Assembly: GCF_009914755.1 (NCBI RefSeq)
Contig: NC_060944.1
Reading direction: 5' to 3' (one strand)
Source of the DNA: the human T2T-CHM13v2.0 reference genome, Homo sapiens
Length of the DNA: 64,000 nt
The position numbers and the translations under genes are program-made. Shown in pieces: positions 57,030-64,000 of this stretch. Every line of letters begins with the position of its first letter. The first letter of the stretch is position 1. Below the pieces are notes generated by a model that was not told the origin of the DNA, ran no database searches, and saw nothing but the letters and a program-made list of their open reading frames with translations.

Positions 57030-57290
57030 TTTTCCTCTTAATTGACAAATAACAATTTTATATATTTATGGGGTACAATATGTGATGCTTTAATATGTGT
57101 TTACATTGTGGAATGATTAAATCAAGCTAATTAACACATCCATCACCTCACATACTTATTGTTTGGTGGTAAAAACACTTCAGATCTACTCTTAGCACTT
57201 TTGAAATATAGACAATGATTATTTACTATAGTCACCATTCTGTACAAGAGATCACTAAAGCTTATCCCCCTAACTGAAGTTATCTACGCT
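57030..57290 (-). mobile_element. L1MA-type 3' end
   Basis: tatatttatggggtacaat...tggaatgattaaatcaagctaattaacacatccatcacctcacatac. Confidence 0.85.
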
Positions 57291-57429
57291 TTCAGACTTT
57301 TCTTCCAGGCACACAGATCAACATATTGGCATTCGAGTTTATGTACTGTCTCCATTGACTAAGATGGTCATGTCCTCTTGTCATTGAATCTTGCTTTATG
57401 AGAATCTCAAAGAACTACATGGCACATCC

Positions 57430-57593
57430 CAGGGTTCGGACTAGCCCAAGGCCAGTGAGGTCCCCAGGACACGCGATCTGAGGGGGCATTCACTATCAAG
57501 GTCCAGCAAATGCAAGGTGGGCTCCTGAGAGTGAGCCCCACTCTACATTTGGCCCCCTGGTGCCTCTCTTCCCGCAACCCAGCCCCAGCCCTT
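57430..57593. mobile_element. MER96-like palindromic MITE
   Basis: cagggttcggactag...gcattcactatcaagg...cctgagagtgagc...cagccct imperfect fold-back. Confidence 0.55.
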
Positions 57594-58199
57594 GCGTGCC
57601 CGTTCTGCCTGTGGATCCCTGCAGCCAGGTGCGCATTTAGATGGTTCCCAACTTTCCCCCATTACAAACACTGCAATAAGAACCCTTGCAAGTGGCACGT
57701 CTCTGAAAACGACTCTGCTATCAACTCTGCTCAGGGCTTTTTAAATACTCTCAGTTGGACGATTCCAATCCAAAATGTGAGACTGATTTTCAAAATGGCA
57801 ACGGGCCAAACAGTTTTGAATTTTACTAAAATAAAACATTAACGATGTTAAGTAGCATTTTTGTTGAATTTGAAATATTAGGAAATTGCTATCATCCTCA
57901 AAGATTTCACTCTGAAAGAAAGAAAAAGCCCAGGGTGGGGGAGAAGGCCGAGCGGGAGGGTACCGGGGAAGAGGACTGCAATTCCCCATGGCCATGCAGC
58001 ACATGGGGAGAAAATTTTTACAAACACACATGGATCCCAATTCAGTATCTATTTTGGGGTGCTAAAGTTGCAGCACGTACCTGCCATCCTAACCCCACCT
58101 TCCACCCCCTCCCCCCCACCACACACACACACACAGACACACACACAAGCAGACCAGGCACACTTCGTCCATGACTTGACTCTCACCCATTCCAACAAG

Positions 58200-59030
58200 C
58201 CATGACTGTGTGTTAATCACTTCAATAACAACCCTAACTCTTGGTAACTCTCTCTGCCTCCATCCCATATTAGATCCATCTCAAAGCCCTGTCAATTCCA
58301 TTCCCTAAATCCCACTCAAATTTGCCACCTGTGACTCTCCATCACTTCCACTCTAGTGCCCTGGTCAAAGAGGGGGCCCAGTCTCCTTACCCACCCCTCT
58401 CCCTCCACCTACACACAGTCTTCTTCACATAGCAGTCCAGCTAGAAAGATCCTTAAAATGGTAAGTTAGAGCTTTTGCCACCTCTGCTAAAATCGCCCCA
58501 ACAGCAAACATCTTCCTTGCATCAAAAAGCCCGAGTCCTTACCATGACTCAGAAGATCCCATATGATCTGGCCCTGCTTCTCCATCTCCCACCCACCCTT
58601 CTTCCCTCCCTGCTGCCCCCCATGACAGCCACACTGGCCTTGTCACCCTCAAGAGAGCCAGACACCCACCAGGCAGGTGCCCGTCCCTGCATCCCAACAC
58701 TTATCATGCCCTCAGCTTGAAATGCTCTCCCTCCATGACCTGCAGGGCTCACCCCACTCTTCATTGGAACCTGTCCTCAGGTGACCTCTCATCAGAGAAG
58801 CCTTCCCAGACAGCCGCACCCCAATGTGACACCCCACGCCCTTCCCACTGTCCCTCCACACACCCTGCCTTAAGTTGCATCATCCACCTGACGCTTCCCT
58901 CCACCTGACCCCACATGTGATAGTTATTTGCTCTTTGCTGCCTCCCCACTAGAATGTCAGTCCCGTGGGGGCAGCACCCCATCTTTCCTGTTCATGGTGC
59001 AGCCTCAATGCCTAGAGCACCACACAGGTG
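58200..59030 (+). mobile_element. L2 fragment(s)
   Basis: ctctgctaaaatc...aaagcccgagtccttaccatg...ccccactagaatgtcagtcc. Confidence 0.65.
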
Positions 59031-60476
59031 TCCAACGAGCGAGCAAGGCTAGAAGGAAGAGTCTGTGACATCATGGGAGGGGCCGGAGCAGCTGCAGTCT
59101 CTCCAGACCTACGCCTCTCCCATGACAAAGAGCTGTTATACGCCCACACCGGCTTCTCTCCAGCTTGGGCAATTCTCCTCCCGGCCCACAGCGACCATTG
59201 TGTCACAGAGCCTTGTCCTGCTCGGTGTGGGCACGACTCAGCTGGTTGGACAACTGGTACCTGGGCTGCCCTGTTCCGAACAGAGGTGACAGCATCTCCA
59301 GGTATGATGAAGAAGGAGCCCTGCGCCTGCTTTCTGACCCAGCTGGGATCCCACTGGCTGGATGTGTCTTCAGTCCTGCAGGAGGCCACTGTGATCAGCC
59401 GCCCTGCTGATAGTGGCACATTTTGAAATTACACAGGGAACCATAAAAAGAATTAGACATTCTGGACAGGCTTGAAAACCAAACAAGTCAGGCTCTCTCA
59501 GTGTTCTAAATTAAGAATCAAGTCATTCTATATTTCTCACATCACTGAAAATTAAAAACAGACATATCTACCGCATAGCAAGCACGCTCACTCAAGAGAG
59601 ACTTGATGGCCCGAAACATGCTAGATTTGTTTCCAATTACCATGTCCACATTTGAAACCCTGAGGAAGCCCTAGAAACCAGTGTGGAGAGATCAGAGACA
59701 AGGCACATTAGCCTAACAGGACTCAGGACCAAACGCTGCACCCCAGCCCCCTCTACTCATGGTCCCCCATGGGGTCTTTAAATAAAAAACCTGGATCATT
59801 TTGTCCCTTCCTTTGGGGGCTGGAGGCATGAACCTTCCCTTCTCTGCTCTCAGCTGCCCCTCTCCACTCTCAGCTTCCAGCTTCTGGTCCCCTGGACAGA
59901 GATGTCAACCCAGCCACGGGCTCCCTACCAACATTCCCGTCCCCACCATCATATAGGAGCTGGGTCTGGAAGTATGGGATTAAAATATGCAAGCCTTCTT
60001 TGAGTTGACCTTTGAAGTTGGGCTTTTTCTTGTTGATTTTTTTTTTTTAAGAAGCCATACAAGTGCTTTTCACATCTTCTGTCTATATTCCTCTTGCGCA
60101 GAACCAGTGTAACACTGAGATCAAGAGTCTGAGCCCTGGAGTCCAACCATCTAGGTTTACATCCTGGCATTGGCACTTAATGTGTCATGGCGGGAAAGTT
60201 ACTTTACATCTCCAGGCCTCAGTTTCATCATCTGTAAATGTGGCTCCTGACCCTGCACACCTCACTAGGCTGTTGGCAGGAACAAGTGGGCTGTGTATAA
60301 AGCATGTCACAAGCAATCAATATTAACTTTCATTCATATTTTTTCATCTATGGCTGGGTGACTTGTGGCAATTAAGGGCCTCTTTTCTGGTCTCAGTTCT
60401 TGGAAGAAATCATCTTGAAGGTTGTCTTTCAGTGCTAACATGTCATGATCTTCAGGTACATTTAGAATAAGATCCA

Positions 60477-61210
<734 letters not shown>

Positions 61211-61865
61211 TTGATTCTCAGGTTCCTATGTGGATCCACATATTGCCGAGTGATTCATTCTCCAGCGACTCTGAGAAAGGAGGCTCATTCATGTCTGGAA
61301 CAGAATCCCTACGTTTGGAGTCTGCCTAAGCTCACTATCATTTGAGCCAGTCTGCAGGAATGTGTCTCACCATGAAAGAGACATATTATACCAGGCCAAT
61401 TACACTGAAAGTCAGAAGAGCAGACTAACTTGGGCTGGAAAAATGAAGTTTACAATCTTGAGATTGAATTGAAAGCACAGCAGCCTGGCAGCTCATGGAG
61501 ATGGCGAGGGAAAAGTGAGGCATGCGCAGTGCTCCCTGCTGCCAAGTGTTTACCCGAAGACCAGAACACAAGGGGAAAGCATCCTTCAGAAACATTTCTC
61601 CCGGAGTTTCTCACTCAGGACACTGACCTGATATTAGGAAACAAGGTATCTACTATCTGCAGAGGCCTGGGCTCTGGGAGAAGCAGGGGATCCCCAAGAG
61701 ACGGCAACTGGGGAATGCAGCTTGCAGAAACTCCGTGCAAGCATCTGGCCCTGACCGTGCCCAGCATGGCAGTGTGTGAATGCCCCAGGGATGCTGGGAT
61801 GGCAGCCGCTTCAGAACACATTGATAAGACATTCCTCTGCGGGAGCCAGGGCAGAGAGACTATCT

Positions 61866-62020
61866 GGATAAAGAGCTAATGCATGCAGGGCTTAATACCT
61901 AGGTGATGGGTTGACAGGTGCAGCAAACCACCATGGCACATGTTTACCTATGGAACAAACCTCTGCATCCGGCACATGTATCCCGGAACTTAAAATAAAA
62001 TTAAATTAAAAAACAAAAAC
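61866..62020 (+). mobile_element. L1PA (older) 3' end fragment
   Basis: gcttaatacctaggtgatgggttgacaggtgcagcaaaccaccatggcacatg. Confidence 0.88.
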
Positions 62021-62838
62021 ATTCCCAGGAAACTGCAGTTCAGCTTTGAAAAAATGTTCCACCAGAGACATCTGGATGAGCCATAAGCTCTGGCCTCTCC
62101 TCTTTCACTACAGCCACAGCTGAAAAAGAACCCCAAGATGGTGAAGAGGCAAAAGCTAGGGCTGAGGAAATGCAGGACAGCCGGCCGAGCCAGCCATGGC
62201 ATAAAAAAGGTGAGTTATTCCCAATCGAATGACACCTCCGCCCCCACACCAAAGACTGTGCAGGTCTCTCTGGATTCAGACCAAAAATTCTGAGTCACTT
62301 TTGCCACAAGGGGGAAAAAAAAAAAGGAGAAGGCAGACGTGATGTGTACCTTTCCACACTCTATTTTGGGATTTTAAGATCCAGTTTCTTTCATTTCAAA
62401 GGGTGGGTTTTTGGAGGGCTCTCTGCATAACTCTTAGACTCAGCACGGCGAGACGGCGCTGAGACGGGCTCTGTCGGTGACCTGGGGAGAGGCGGGACCC
62501 ACTGGCAGATCAACAAAACGCATCATTCAGGAACAAGGGGCCCGTTCTTATGTGGAGCGTATGGGGCCTGGCTTCCATAAACATGATGGAAGCCTGTGGG
62601 CTGAGCCAGTCTGACTCACCTCTTCATCGGGGCCGTTCCCAAGTTCATTCACTCCTCCGTTTAGTCATTCACGCAGCAAAGTGCCTCTCAGGAAAGAAGA
62701 TTAAGCTGAAGGCTGTCCTTCAGGATTATTAATACACATTCCTTTGGTGAAGAATCGGGTGCTTCTCTGGATGGATGGTAACATGTGGGATTATCATAAT
62801 CCCAGAATTTAAGACATTGGAGTAAGAAACCAGTAAAT

Positions 62839-63070
62839 CAGGATTTCTCAACCTTCGCACTATTGGCCAGTGTGGACTATTGATTTGGGGGCCAAATAAG
62901 TCTTTCTTGTCGGGGGCTGCCCCAGGCATTGTAGGGTGTTTGTCAGCATCACTGGACTCTACCCAGTAGGTAGCAGCAGCCACCCTTTTCCCAACTGTGA
63001 TGCACAAAAAAGTCTCTGGACATTGCTAAATGTCCCCTGGGACACGAAATCACTCCTATTGAGAAACATT
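62839..63070. mobile_element. MER20
   Basis: caggatttctcaacctt...cattgtagggtgttt...gacattgctaaatgtcccctggg...ttgagaaac. Confidence 0.85.
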
Positions 63071-63364
63071 CTTAAATTAAGCTAACATTTATGAGGAGGG
63101 GAAACAGAAAATCTGCACTGAAACCCTATCCCTTGTCCATCAGAAAGTGTTGTTCAACGGGACCTTCAAGAAACACCCCAGATCCTCCCACTTTTCACGT
63201 TCTCATCAACCTCCCTGGGTCCCAGCACTGCCATCTCTCACCTGGACCCCTGCATCCAGCCTCTCGCTAATTTCTGCCTTGTCCCTTGTCCCTATCCTGA
63301 ATAGAATCTCCACAAGCAGCCAGAGGGATCTTTTAAAAGCAAATGAGATCCTATCACTTCCCTA

Positions 63365-63741
<377 letters not shown>

Positions 63742-63749
63742 TCACCAAG

Positions 63750-63995
63750 ATGGTGAGGGGGGCCCCTTTGGCCCTATCTCCCTCCTTGCTTGGAATTCCA
63801 GTGCTTGGAGTATAGAGGTGGTAGCTGCAGCCCCAGCAATCATTTTGAACCCTGAGGTGACCTGGAGTTGAACAGGAGGTAAGAAGGAACCCGGATTCCT
63901 AATGACTTCATAGCACTTTGGACTACCCATCTCTAGATTTTCTACATTCTTAGATGAGAAGCAACTGTTATTTGGGGTTTTCTGTTAGAGGTAAT
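63750..63995 (+). mobile_element. Old MLT1-like LTR fragment
   Basis: cagcaatcattttgaaccctgagg...aaggaacccggattcctaatgac...tgttatttggggttttctgtt. Confidence 0.5.
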
Positions 63996-64000
63996 TAAAC

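Overview
Human-type (primate, Alu-rich) genomic DNA lying wholly inside the minus-strand gene NFATC2 (NFAT1/NFATp). Six coding exons can be placed at base resolution from GT-AG junctions and frame continuity (conventional exons 4-9): 50157-49955, 48649-48477, 29161-29021, 10239-10184, 9792-9666 and 7232-6543. They encode most of the Rel-homology DNA-binding region, the KRKR NLS and the Q/P/S-rich C-terminal region; the first and last exons lie outside the window. The intronic miRNA hairpin MIR3194 lies at 27378-27450 (-). The rest is intron with about 27 Alus, many MIR/L2/L1 fragments, hAT-type MITEs, MLT1 LTRs and simple repeats. Nearly all other ORFs in the track are spurious. I found no convincing new multi-gene biological system. 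The most unusual observations are: (1) a 128-bp piece of Alu 5' flank copied about 18 kb away inside another Alu's target-site duplication; (2) a direct repeat bracketing the in-frame-skippable exon 6; (3) the miR-3194 hairpin apparently built from a decayed MIR; (4) a correctly spaced, MIR-derived NFAT:AP-1 composite site, suggesting autoregulation; (5) several templated-inversion scars. Repeat subfamily calls come from recalled consensus sequences, and repeat boundaries are approximate.
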